Assembly: GCF_964194025.1 (NCBI RefSeq)
Contig: NC_134482.1
Location: 13,826,001 to 13,890,000, forward strand
Direction of reading: 5' to 3'
Source: Convolutriloba macropyga
Taxonomy: Eukaryota
Length of the DNA: 64,000 bases
The translations under genes and the position numbers were made by a program. A model generated the notes under the pieces. It searched no databases and had not been told where the DNA came from. It was given only the letters and a program-made list of their open reading frames with translations. This document shows positions 37,481 through 48,890 of the stretch, one piece after another (positions within the stretch are counted from its first letter, which is position 1; each line of letters opens with the position of its first letter).

Positions 37481-39861
37481 TAATAGCCGCGAAGCGATAG
37501 CGGCTATTATTGGGAACATCGTGGTTTTTTTTCTACTCTTGTCTTCAAAGAACAACAGTCTAATGAAAAAAAAACTAGTTGATTAGTTTCTCTCAAACAT
37601 AGTTTGTTGTAGTTATTTGCGCCCTGTGTGTCTTTTCTGTACAACTTTTGGCTTGATCATTTTTTTCGTCTGACCCTTTTGACCTTTCCTCCTCAGAATC
37701 GGGATCAACTGAAGCAGGAGGGTCTTTAGTGCTTCTCCATATCTCATAGAGCTCTATCAGTCTCAAAGTATTTGTTAAACGATAATGAAAAATGCTCTGG
37801 AGGTATAAATTCATGATGAAAAATGGCAAGGTGCAATGGCAATTCGTCGTCTCCATCGATGATTCTTACGACCTGACTTCTTGGAGTTGACTTCAGTGAC
37901 TTCTATTGCTTTGCAGTTAAAATTTATGTACGTGACGTCGTTTCTGTTTTTAGGTCAATTGCGTGACTTACCTCACTCAAAAAAATGACTTCTGAACTCA
38001 CTTATGGAACTTTAATTTTTATGAAGATTTACTAGTTAATAGTGTGCATCTAAGTAGTGCCAATCTTATATGTCCTAATTCGTGATTATTAGTCTTGAGT
38101 TTTTGATATCGAATATCAATTTTGAAATAGCTCTTTAAGGGCTTTTTCCTTAAAGAACGTATGTGTCAAAAAATTGACAGTCCGAAGCTAACCCAAAAAG
38201 TCTAGTGGTCTATTAAAGGACTGGTGGTCGATCTGTCTATCTTATTTCTTTAGGTGTTTCAATTCATGGAAGGCCATGAGCGTCTATCGCGGCTATTTTC
38301 CGGCAATCCGCCGGCTATGTTTTGCAACATTTTTTGCTTGACCGTTTTCTAGAACGTTCTTTCGATTTCTTTTCTTGAGTATCTTTTTCTGCGCTTGAAT
38401 TCTTGTTTTTGGCGTGCGTGAATTTGTTATTATTCAGAAATTAAGTCTGTCGCTAGAGCAGAAGTGATTGTAAAATAATGTACTACAATGAATTGATAGC
38501 CAAGAAAATGCCTCAGTCTAATACACTGAATAGGTCAGGGTTTTGAAGCCCTCATTGGTCTGAATTTTTTGCACTCATAAAAAATTATCTGGGCTACATC
38601 CCCTCTACATCAAAGTGCTCAGCCTGTTATTCGAGAGCAATTTGTGCAATGTTAGTTGGTTAATGTTTAATAGCCGCCCTCATCTTCTCAGCCGGCTATT
38701 ATAGCGCTCCTATTTTTTTACAATTCAAAGAATTTGAATTCTATGGGCGTTGTCTTTTTTTTAAGATCTGTTCACACATTTTCATGATTTTTGAAGTCAA
38801 ATTGGAGTAGTGATTTTGGTCACGCCGAAACAGGATATGGAGCGAAAAAGCGAGTGGTTTTGCGGCGTGAAATTTTTTGCTCTAAATTTAAAGTAGAGTG
38901 AGAAAACGGTGTTTGAACAAAAATTCGCTGTCTCGCTAGTGGTTTTTTGTTCACATACGGCAATTTCACTTTGATTTTTACTGTTTTTTCAATTTTTTGG
39001 ATCGGATTGTTTTTCTAAATGGTTTTTCCAATCCATTCATAGTCCGTTTTAGGTCTAGTTTTTTTTAAGTCAATGAAAATTCTTTGAATTGTACGTCAGG
39101 ACTTGTCCTGCTATGTTTTTTTACTTCGTCGAATAAAAAAAATGTTTCGCTTTACCTCATTTTGCCGCCTTTTCAACATTTTGCGTGAAATCTTTTTGAC
39201 TTCTGTAGGCTAGTTTCTCTCTTCTCTCATTCTGCTAAAAGTGATTTTGAATATCAGGTGCTCAGCAAAGCAATTCAAAATGAACAGAGTCAGTATAAAA
39301 AATTGAAGTCAGAAATAGAAACGGGATAAACCCGCTATTTGAACGCTAAGTCAATGAAAATTCTTTGAATTGTACGTCAGGACTTGTCCTGCTATGTTTT
39401 TTTACTTCGTCGAATAAAAAAAATGTTTCGCTTTACCTCATTTTGCCGCCTTTTCAACATTTTGCGTGAAATCTTTTTGACTTCTGTAGGCTAGTTTCTC
39501 TCTTCTCTCATTCTGCTAAAAGTGATTTTGAATATCAGTTGCTCAGCAAAGCAATTCAAAATGAACAGAGTCAGTATAAAAAATTGAAGTCAGAAATAGA
39601 AACGGGATAAACCCGCTATTTGAACGTCGCTCCTATAAGTATTAGTTACCTCTCTCTAATGCTTATTGTTTTTGATAGTAGCCCCTGTAGCCTCTCTCTA
39701 AGAAACAGAAGTATGTTCAACTACGAAATGCCATCAAAATAAATCGGACTTAAAAAAATGTTTTTGTAAAAAAATCTTTTTTCAATATCTTCTGTTATTT
39801 CAATCCCAATCATGCTTATTGGAATCAACGGCGGCTATTTTCCGGCAATCTGCCGGGTATG
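37481..39861 (+). mobile_element. Cluster of family A variants (37481-38319, 38668-39861) with B remnant and nested C
   Basis: TAATAGCCGC starts and GCGGCTATTTTCCGGCAATC.GCCGG.TATG ends; a 281-bp internal tandem duplication at 39066-39626. Confidence 0.7.
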
Positions 39862-40342
39862 TTTCTGTTTCTGAAAATCAAGTATCCTTACTTCGAACAG
39901 CCCATAGCTTGATACTTGCAACAGTTACTTGGATTCAAATGTCAATCTTGAATCTTAGTGCTTTTTCTTAGTAGCAGAATTTGGGTAAAAGCGTCTTGAG
40001 GTACATGGTAAACTGCAAAAGCCAGAGGGCGTTGAGACTCTGAGCAATTATCTAAGAGCCTTACTTTCTCTACGTATGGGATTCACGGAAACTACTGAGA
40101 AGTCTTGAATTCATGATGTTAGGGCAAGTTTTTGAAGTTTTAGTGCCTAGCTTATTTCAGTTTAATTAGCTGATAATTGTCTGTCAAAAATGCAGCTTGA
40201 CGTGTCATTTTACGTTTGACATCCTAATTATTGGCCGAATTTTTGAACCGTGGTTTGATTTTTAGTGTGTATTCTTTTTCTTGGTAAGACAAGTAATCAA
40301 TTTACATTCAATATTCATTTAACGCAGTTAACTATTTTTTAG

Positions 40343-40542
40343 ACATGGTTGACCAGCCGGTCATTTATGCTGTAACGCCAGAATTTGTGCTTGAAAATCA
40401 CACAAAACCTGAAATCGACTCTGATGGCTTCTATCTTTGGAAACTGTGTTTTGGTGCTTTCGATCAAAGGAGAACTGTAGCTGAAATAGTGGAGCAAATG
40501 CTCATACCTAGGTATGAAGCTGTCGTCACAAATGCGGTAGAG
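40343..40542 (+). CDS. STAT: STAT-like gene exon (DBD end / linker start)
   Basis: ttttttAG acceptor in phase with the previous exon. AVTPEFVLENHTKPEIDSDGFYLW aligns to STAT 'TLSLPVVVIVHGNQ..AWATILW'. Donor uncertain (40511, 40536 or 40542). Confidence 0.7.
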
Positions 40543-40931
40543 GTTAGATTCCGCTTAGAATTTTTTCGATTGTGTTAAGTGAACAAGAAAAATTGACTCG
40601 ATATAAAATGAAACTACGTTTCGATCAGTTCAGGCGACGAATTTCTAGTCAGTCTTTTGCTTACAGTTTTTTGTGGGATTCATTTTTGATCCACGCGGCT
40701 CCAATGTGTAACCATTTGAAATTGATATTACAGTGTTGTTGGCAATCACCTATTATAGCTATTGACGTTCAAAATTTACTCATATTTTTTTTTTCTTAAA
40801 TTAATGTATTTGCTTTTGTAAATAATTTTTCATTTTTTATCACTGAGTGGACTGATTTGTAAACAGTGTTTATGACAACGTTCTTTCGATTATCCTTTCA
40901 TTGAATTTTTCTGTTAATGAGATGTGGTGTT

Positions 40932-41332
40932 TAATTGCTCTTGAACGAAGTTCATAGCAATTATTGTAAACGTGTTGGTTTTTTATGCAAAATTTTCGCT
41001 TGACAGTTTTGACTTTTCGAGTGACTTTTACGCCCTTGACTTTTTGCGTTTCGCGTGATCTAAAACTCTCTCTCAATCACAATTTCAAGCAGCTGAACTC
41101 AATTTATGGCAGTTTAATACTAAAAGTCAAATGAAAAGCGCCGAAACTGGTGCCATTTTTCACTTTTAATCTTAACAGTGGTATATGTTAACCTCTAATG
41201 TTGTTATTTGAAGCCCACTATTGAATTTCTTAGTCACATTTAGACTCCCCCCCCCGACTGGAGTCGGCTGCAATTGATTAGAGCTCCCACTAGTTGTTCG
41301 AGAGCAATTCATCCGACGTTTAGTCTGTAATG
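40932..41332 (+). mobile_element. Helentron/DINE-1-like family B
   Basis: 5' TAATTGCTCTTGAAC...AGCAATTA; 3' GTTCGAGAGCAATT + hairpin + TAATG. Similar copies at 30217-30599, 34150-34784 and 48892-50108. Confidence 0.75.
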
Positions 41333-43633
41333 TTTTTGTTTGCATAAAATTTTACTTAGATAAACCAGTTTCTGCGGTTTATTTCCAATTGTTCTTTTCT
41401 CCTTGTATTTTGTTTTGATTTACTAAAATAAGGATTTTTCTGCACCGCCGGGAATTTCAAATTTGCTGTATTAATAATCCAATCATATTTGGTATTAAGT
41501 GTTTAAAATAGATGAGAATTTGTATCTTTATTGCTATTTTCACAATGTCTTGCTTTTCTGTCAAAACTATAAACGTTTCGAGTATTTCGATCCTTTCATT
41601 TTTGGAGGTAGTAATGTACCTTTACAGCACCCCAAATACTAAAGCATGAAATACACTTGTTTTTCTACGTCTTAATACGGATGCCATTCAGTGATGGCTG
41701 TTTTGTAGCATTTTGCGGGCTATCTCTAAAAAATCTGTCTTTCACCTTAAGAAGGAACTCCTAATCTAATGAGGACCTCTTCTTGATAATATTTGCAGAT
41801 TTCAAACATTTGAAAAAACGGCAATTTTTTTAAACAAAATATGAATTTTGTGCTGTTCTAGTGCTATAGCTTGTTTTCAACGATCCTTTTTTTGTGTTAC
41901 AGAATAAAACGAAGAGCTATTAGCTAAACAAATTGTGAATGTCATAATCGTATGCTGAGAGTTCGCAGATTGTTTGATCAATTTCTCTCGAACGTAGTTT
42001 GAAACATTCATTGTAAACGTAGTAGTATTGGTTCGAAGAGCAGTATTGGTTTTTTTTTTTTTTGAGGTTTTCTAACCGGCAGTGCTAATTGTTCTGGCGG
42101 CACTCTGGCCCAAAGGCAAAAAGAGAATAAAATAACCATGTGAACTAATTTTTTTATAAAGATGTTTTAAGGTGCTGCATGCAGTGAATGAATTTAAGAC
42201 TGGAAAATGTTTATGAAAGCATGGGAGTGTTAAGATAACCGTTTTTGGTTGTTCTGCTGTCAGTTCCGCTCAATTTTTGTTCACATTTTTTGTGGAGTTA
42301 TTTTTGAACCACGGGGTATCAATGTGTAGCCATTTGAAAATGATAGTACAATGTTTTGAATGGCTATCTCTAAAGAATCTGTCTGTCATCTTAAGAAGGA
42401 ACTCCTAATGTAATAACGACCTCTTCTAGATAATGTTAACAGATTTCAAGCATTTGAAAAAAATGGCAAAGTTTTTGAATCAGAATATGAATTGAGTGCT
42501 GTTGTTCTAGTGCTATAGCTTGTTTTCAAGGATATTTTTTGTTAAGGCGCTGTATGCAGTGAATGAATTTTTGACTTCAAAATGTTTTTGAAAGCATGGG
42601 AGTTTAGATAACCGTTTTTGGTCGTTCTTTTGTCAATTCCGCTCAATTTTTGTGGAATTTATTTTTGAACCACGGGGCATCAATGCGTAGCCATTTGAAA
42701 TTGATAGTACAATGTTTTTGGCAATCAACTTGAATCGTTTTTAATAGCGATTGTCGTTCAAAATTCACTCATATTTTTATGTATTTGCTTTCAAAATAAT
42801 TTCTTTGGATCTTTGAACGGACTGTTTTGTGAACAGTGTTTATGATAATGTTTTTCGATAATTCTTGTGAATTCCTCTGTGTTTGAAATGAGGCGTTTTT
42901 TTAAAACTTTACCAAAATAAACTGATTTTTTGTTTTCCAATTTTCTCTTTGAATTTTGTTTCGATTTACTAGCGTAAGGATTTTGCTGCACTGTTGGGAA
43001 TCTCAAGTCTGCGGTATAGATAATCCGGTCATCTCCGGTATTGTGTTTTTTGTATTAAGTTGGATGAAAATTTGTATCTATAATTGGCATTTTTGTCAAA
43101 ATCTCTACCGTTTCGAAAAAATTCTTTTTTGCTGTTTGATTTTGTCAGGAGGTAGCGATGTAATTTTCAGGAACCCCAATTGCTGAATCATGAAATGCAC
43201 TTATTTTTGTATTTCTCAATCCCGATGATGGTCTGTGATGGCTGTTTTCCAGCATTTTGCCGGCTATTTGTCAGGAGGTAGCTATGTAATTTTAAGGAAC
43301 CCCAATTACTGAATCATGAAATGCACTTATTTTTGTATTTCTCAATCCCGATGCTGGTCTGTGATGGCTGTTTTCCAGCATTTTGCCGGCTATTTGTCAG
43401 GAGGTAGCTATGTAATTTTCAGGAACCCCAATTGCTGAATCATGAAATGCACTTATTTTTGTATTTCTTAATCCCAATGGTGTTCTGTGATGGCTGTTTT
43501 CCAGCATTTTGCCGGCTATTTGTTTTTCTGCTTAAAAAGATCTGTCTGCCATCTCATGAAGGCACTTCTGAGGTAATAACGAGCTGTTCTTGGTAATATT
43601 TGCAGATTTCAAACATTTGAAAAATAATGTAAT

Positions 43634-44136
43634 TAATAGCCGCACAGCGATAGCGGGGCTATTATTGGCCTTCTCTTGGTTTTTTTTTTTATTTCGTCGT
43701 CATGATTTTTGTTACGACCATATGACGTCACAGCCACTTTTTGTTCATTCGTTCATGCAATTTCAACTGAATTGCATGTGTGACGTCATTTTTCGCTCTT
43801 ATTGGAGCGAGTTTTTTTGTTCATGCGCGTGATTAAATTTTTGGTCACACTTGACTTACCTCACTCTCAAAAATGACTTCCTCACTTTGAAATTGACTTT
43901 TATTTACTTTAATTCAAAGAGATAAGGTCAAATGGGTGTGTGTCACTCTAAATGAAGGTTATTTGAGACCAGCTAATAGAGGCAGCAATAAGTTATAAAG
44001 ATTTTAAATCAAAATATAACAGATCAGCCATCAATGAATAGACGAATTTTTTTGTCTGTCTTTTTTTTCACTGTTTTTCTTAGACTGCCGATCTACGAAT
44101 CTATTGCGGCTATTTTCTGGCAATCTGCCAGCTATG
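43634..44136 (+). mobile_element. Helentron/DINE-1-like family A (short form)
   Basis: Same termini and body as 31033-31521. Confidence 0.8.
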
Positions 44137-44312
44137 TTTTTTCATTTCGCCCTTTGCCTGTAAAAACTTTCCAAGTAGCAAGGGGAACAATGTGAGTCCT
44201 TTTGCATTCTTTAGAGATGAAATGTTTCAAAAATTTCCGGGTTATGGATGTGGGACTTGCATTACATCGTGCCAAAACATCTAATTTAAAATATCATTTT
44301 GAACTCTATTAT

Positions 44313-45205
44313 TAATAGCCGCACAGCGATAGCTGGGGCTATTATTGGCCTTCTCTTGGTTTTTTACAGTTCGAAGAATTTGAATTGTATTGGGGCGCTG
44401 TCTTTTTTTAAAGATCTGTTCACAGATTTTCAAGATTTTTAAAGTCAAATTGGAGTAGTGATTTTGGTCACGCCGAAACAGGAAGTGGAGCGAAAAGCGA
44501 GTTGTTTTGCGGCGTGAAATTTTTTCGCTCTTATTTTAAAGTAGAGTGAGAAAACGGTGTTTGAACAAAAATTCGCTTTCTCGCTAAGTTTTTTGTTCAC
44601 ATGCAGCAATTTCACTTTGATGTTTACTGTTTTTTCAATTTTTTGGATCGGATTTTTTGCAAAATGGTTTTCCCAATCCATTCATAGTCCGTTCTAGGTC
44701 TAGTTTTTTGTTTAGTCAATGAAAATTCTTGAATTGTACGTCAGGACTTGTCCTGCTATGTTTTTTTTATTTCGCCGTCGCGATTTTTGTTACGATCATA
44801 TGACGTCACAACCTTTTCAAATCTGCTTTTTGTTCATTCGTTCATGCAATTTCAACTGAAATCCGTGCGTGACGTCGTTTTTCGCTCTTAGTGGAGCGAG
44901 TTTGTTCATTCGCGTGATTAAATTTTTGGTCACACTTGACTTACCTCACTCTTCCTCACTTTGAAATTGACTTTTATTTACTTCAATTAAAGAGATCGGG
45001 TCAAATGGGTGTGTGTCACTCTAAATGAAGGTTTTTTGAGAGCAGCTAATAGAGGCAGCAAAAAACTTATATAAATTTTTGATCAAAATATAACATATCA
45101 GCCTTCAATGAAAAGGCGATTTTTTTGGTGTCTCTTTTACTGTTTTTTGGAGACTGCAGATCTACGAAGCTATTCCGGCTATCTTCTGGCAATCTGTCAG
45201 CTATG
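44313..45205 (+). mobile_element. Family A element carrying nested family C element (~44365-44760)
   Basis: Family A termini. The insert is bounded by TACA.TTC.AAGAATT and AATTCTTGAATTGTA + hairpin CAGGACTTGTCCTG + CTATG. Confidence 0.8.
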
Positions 45206-45229
45206 TTTTCTGTTCTTGAGAGAGATATA

Positions 45230-48200
45230 TTTTTTACAGAAAAAATGGTGCATGAGCTTCTACAAAAATAATTTATTGGCAGCGCCTAAAGTTGGCTACC
45301 ATCGTCCCTTTCCCACTAATATATAATCAAACGGAGAATTGCTTTCGAGGACACAATAATGACACAACACTTGACCGCCTCCGGTCAATACTTGACTGGA
45401 AAAAATTATGCAAAAAAAATTTGTTGACATATTTGACTTTTCTATTGATTGGTTATTCTCACGTTTTTGAGAAATGCGCCTTAATTTCGAAACCATAGTG
45501 AAACTATTTGGCGTCCCTCTAACAGCCGGTTATCCGCATTGAGCAGGGTACATTAAAATTGATTCCTTGTTTGTCATTTGAAAGTTTTGTCAGTCGTTAA
45601 TTGGTTACGTACACAAGCGGGCGGCTTCTGAGTTTTCTGCCAATTTCGGATTGTTTCTTAGTCTTCTGGTATTTTGTACAATTTTTCTTTGTCAGCTGAA
45701 AACCAGCATTTGATTGAACTACTTATATCGCTCCTCGAGGAGCCGATATGTACATCTTAGTATTTCACTGATTACTTATTGTAATTGAACAATATCATAT
45801 TTGCAGCTTTTTATCGGTGTTTAGAAAGCGTTCGATTTTTGCAGGAAACGTTGATCTGTTGTTGAGGAGTTCACAGTTAGACGGTGCTTTTCTGATTAAC
45901 AATAACAGAGTGCAAGGCTTCTATCAGATCATTTTCTAACTCATATCTATATCATGACTGCGTAAACATAAGTGCGTCATCTTTGGTACTGCATTAATGG
46001 ATAACCATTTGGTGTTTTTCATCTTACATCATTGGCATATAAATCGAATAGTAGTGCTCAGAGTATTGTTCCTCGTGGTACACCTTGATAAAGTTAAATC
46101 AAGTCCGATTCATTGCCGGTAGCTCTTGTTTTCTTGTGCTGTTCGGACAAGTAGTCAAGTGTCAATATTTGATTCATTGCGCTGAATCTTTTTTCCTCAA
46201 GCTTCGAAATCAAAATGTTGTTATCAATTGAATTAAACGCTTTAGACAGATATAGTAATGCATTTGTTTTATATTTCTTCAATTTGAAATCTGAGGTTTT
46301 CAGTGCTGAAAATTAGAGTATCCATCTTATTTTTTCAATCGAAAACCAAATTAAGTTTCTGGGGAATTTTTTTTCTAATTAAAATTTGAACTATTTGATC
46401 TCTAAGTAAAATCATTTGAAAACTCCAGAAAGTGAACTAGTTATTGGTATAGTTCTGTAATTTTCAGGATTTATGCTAGCTTGATTTTTGAGTAGTGGCG
46501 TAGTGTCGGCTTACTTTATGATACTGGAAGTATTTTACCTCGATAGGGTGCATTAATACATCATTGAATTCTATAAAGAGCGCAAGCAGGGTTATCTGTG
46601 GGTCCTATCGGTTCAAAGTACGTAAGCGTTTTGAAATAATGTAAAACTTCTTTTGATGTGATAAAGAGAACTAACTGATTTTCTCTTATATATTTTATCC
46701 GATTTAATCGGCCTGCTTTTACCAAAGTAAGCACGTAATTTAGAGAATCGGAAAGACACGTTCACTATTTGTTTGCTGTCATACAGAGATTCACCAGAAG
46801 ATTTTTATGGCTGGAAATTTTGCTATTATCTACAGTTGTGTTTCGAGTACCGTTATTGAGAGGCCATTTTTCGTGTCGAGATAGATTTTTTGTTTGGAAA
46901 GGTAATTATTTTTAAAACACGCATAAAGCTAGAGCACATCACAAAAAGACAGAGACCAACAAATCAATCTTTTTTCGGCAAAGCAAATTATTCAATCATT
47001 GATTTCACATCAGAACTAAGGCTTTGTGACTATAATTTCACATACAATATGGAGCATGCAGTAAAATATGCTCAGTTCAACTCAACTTTGTCTTCTATTG
47101 TTCAAAAACTATGCTTTTGAATGATAGAAGACAAAGTTGAGTTGAACTGTGCATATTTTTCTGCATGCTTCGTTTTGTGTGTGAAATTCTAGTCACAAAG
47201 CCTTAGTTCCGATGTGAAATCGTTGATTGAATCAGTTAACTTGCCGAAAAATTTGATTATTGTTTCTACTTTTTGTAATGCGATCCTGTTTTATTGTGCC
47301 TATTTGGTACGGTGATCAATTTTATTTTCAAAATCAAATATGTGAACATTTTTGTCGATTGGGTAATTACCTTCCGTTATATAAACAATGAGGTGTTTTT
47401 TTCGTGCTATTTTTTGCTTTCCAACTTTTGGATCATAATGGATGAAAAATGTATCTGAACCGTTTTTGTTTTTGTCGTTCAAGTAATTGATTAATAGCCG
47501 CGGTCAGCCTCTCAAATGGCTATTATTTGGTCGCTCTCCTTTTTTAACTGGCCTTTTGATCACGTTTTTCTTTTTACATAAGTCATTTCTAACTTACCTC
47601 GCTCACTGTTTCAACTGAGGGGATTCTAAATTCTTTCACGCATGGAATTACGCCATGTAGTGAATACGTGAATATCGAAAGAGCAAAATCTAAAGAAACG
47701 GGATAAACCGATAAAGCTCGGTCATTAAGACGGAAAGCATTAGGTTATTAAAGTTCATTAGAGCGATTGATAGCTGATATTAGTATTAAGCTTAATACCC
47801 TTCAGTTTAGAAGCTGAAGCAAGCATGAGTTCGGAATTTAACTGAAACTGCAAACTGAGTTAGAACAATTTTTGAAACTTAGGAAAAAAATTTTGTCGAT
47901 TTCTATCTCTTTTTAATGGCCGCCCTCATCTTCTCAGCCGGCTATTATAGCGCTCCTAATTTTTTTTTACTTCGTTAAACTTTTTTTCGCTTTACCCATT
48001 TTGCCGCTTTTTCGACATTTTGCGTGAAATCTGTGACTTCTCTGGGCTAGTTTCACTCTTCTGTCATTCTGCTCAAAGTCCTTTTAAACAGCAGCTGCTC
48101 AGCAAAGCAATTCAAAATGAAGGGAGTCAGTATAAAAAAGTCAGAAATTGAAACGGGATAAACCCATAAAGCCCATTTTGAGATGCCCGGTACTTGAACT

Positions 48201-48890
48201 TTGTTCTCATAAGTTTTAGTTACTATCTGCAATGCTTATTGGTATTGATACTAGACCCTGTAGCCTCTCACTGAGAGACAGGAGTAGGTTCAATTACGAA
48301 ATGACATCAAAATAAATCGCACTTAAAAATGTTTTTATTCAGAAATCAATTTTTGTTGATATTTTCTTTTCTTTCAATCCCAATAGAGTTATGGGAACCA
48401 ACGGCGGCTATTTTCCGGCAATCTGCCGGGTATGTTTTCTTTTTCTGTTCCAATCCCGATGTGCGTCTAGCGCATCAACGGCGGCAATTTTCCGGAAATC
48501 TGCAGGGTATGTTTTCTTTTTCTGCTCCAATCCCGATGTGCGTCTAGCGCATCAACGGCGGCAATTTTCCGGAAATCTGCCGGCTGTGTTTATATAGTCA
48601 TCATCAGAATCGCTCTTCTTCTTTGATTTAGTATTAAAACTAAGAGAACTCCACCTTTTGTAGCGTTTCCACTTTGCTGTCTATCATAGCGAAAGGCAGT
48701 ATATTTTTGATTGTAGATGTCCTGAAGTCTGTGGTCCTTTTCACACTTGAGCCAAGTTTTTGTTAGGCCAACAATTGTATTATCAGATTTTTGTTTCAAC
48801 GAGTACTTGCTAAAGATCTCGTTGATCTTGGATTGCTGCTTTTCAGCATGTTCTGCATTCTCGATCTGATTATTTGGAATCGAGTTTTGA
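45230..48890 (-). mobile_element. Decayed CR1/L2-like LINE (APE endonuclease + RT), interrupted by family A insertions 47491-48589
   Basis: EN: IVGLTKTWL...YTAFRYDRQ...KGGVLL (48590-48799). RT: NYRTIPITS (~46450), LYLSKAFNSIDNNILISKLE and GVPRGTIL (~46060-46280). Confidence 0.8.
46918..47299. repeat. Long imperfect inverted repeat (~190-bp arms, ~7-nt loop at 47108-47114)
   Basis: ...cagttcaactcaactttgtcttctattgttcaaaa actatgc ttttgaatgatagaagacaaagttgagttgaactg... Confidence 0.92.

Noticed and set aside
41740-43630. Three similar blocks (aaggaactcctaat...cagatttcaaacatttgaaaaa) as alternative exons
   Set aside because: The frames checked contain stops; more likely fragments of a dispersed repeat.
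44445-44681. Recurrent MDWENHF... ORF (also 52235, 53929, 62875) as a gene family
   Set aside because: Antisense reading of family C repeats; frames and stops vary between copies.
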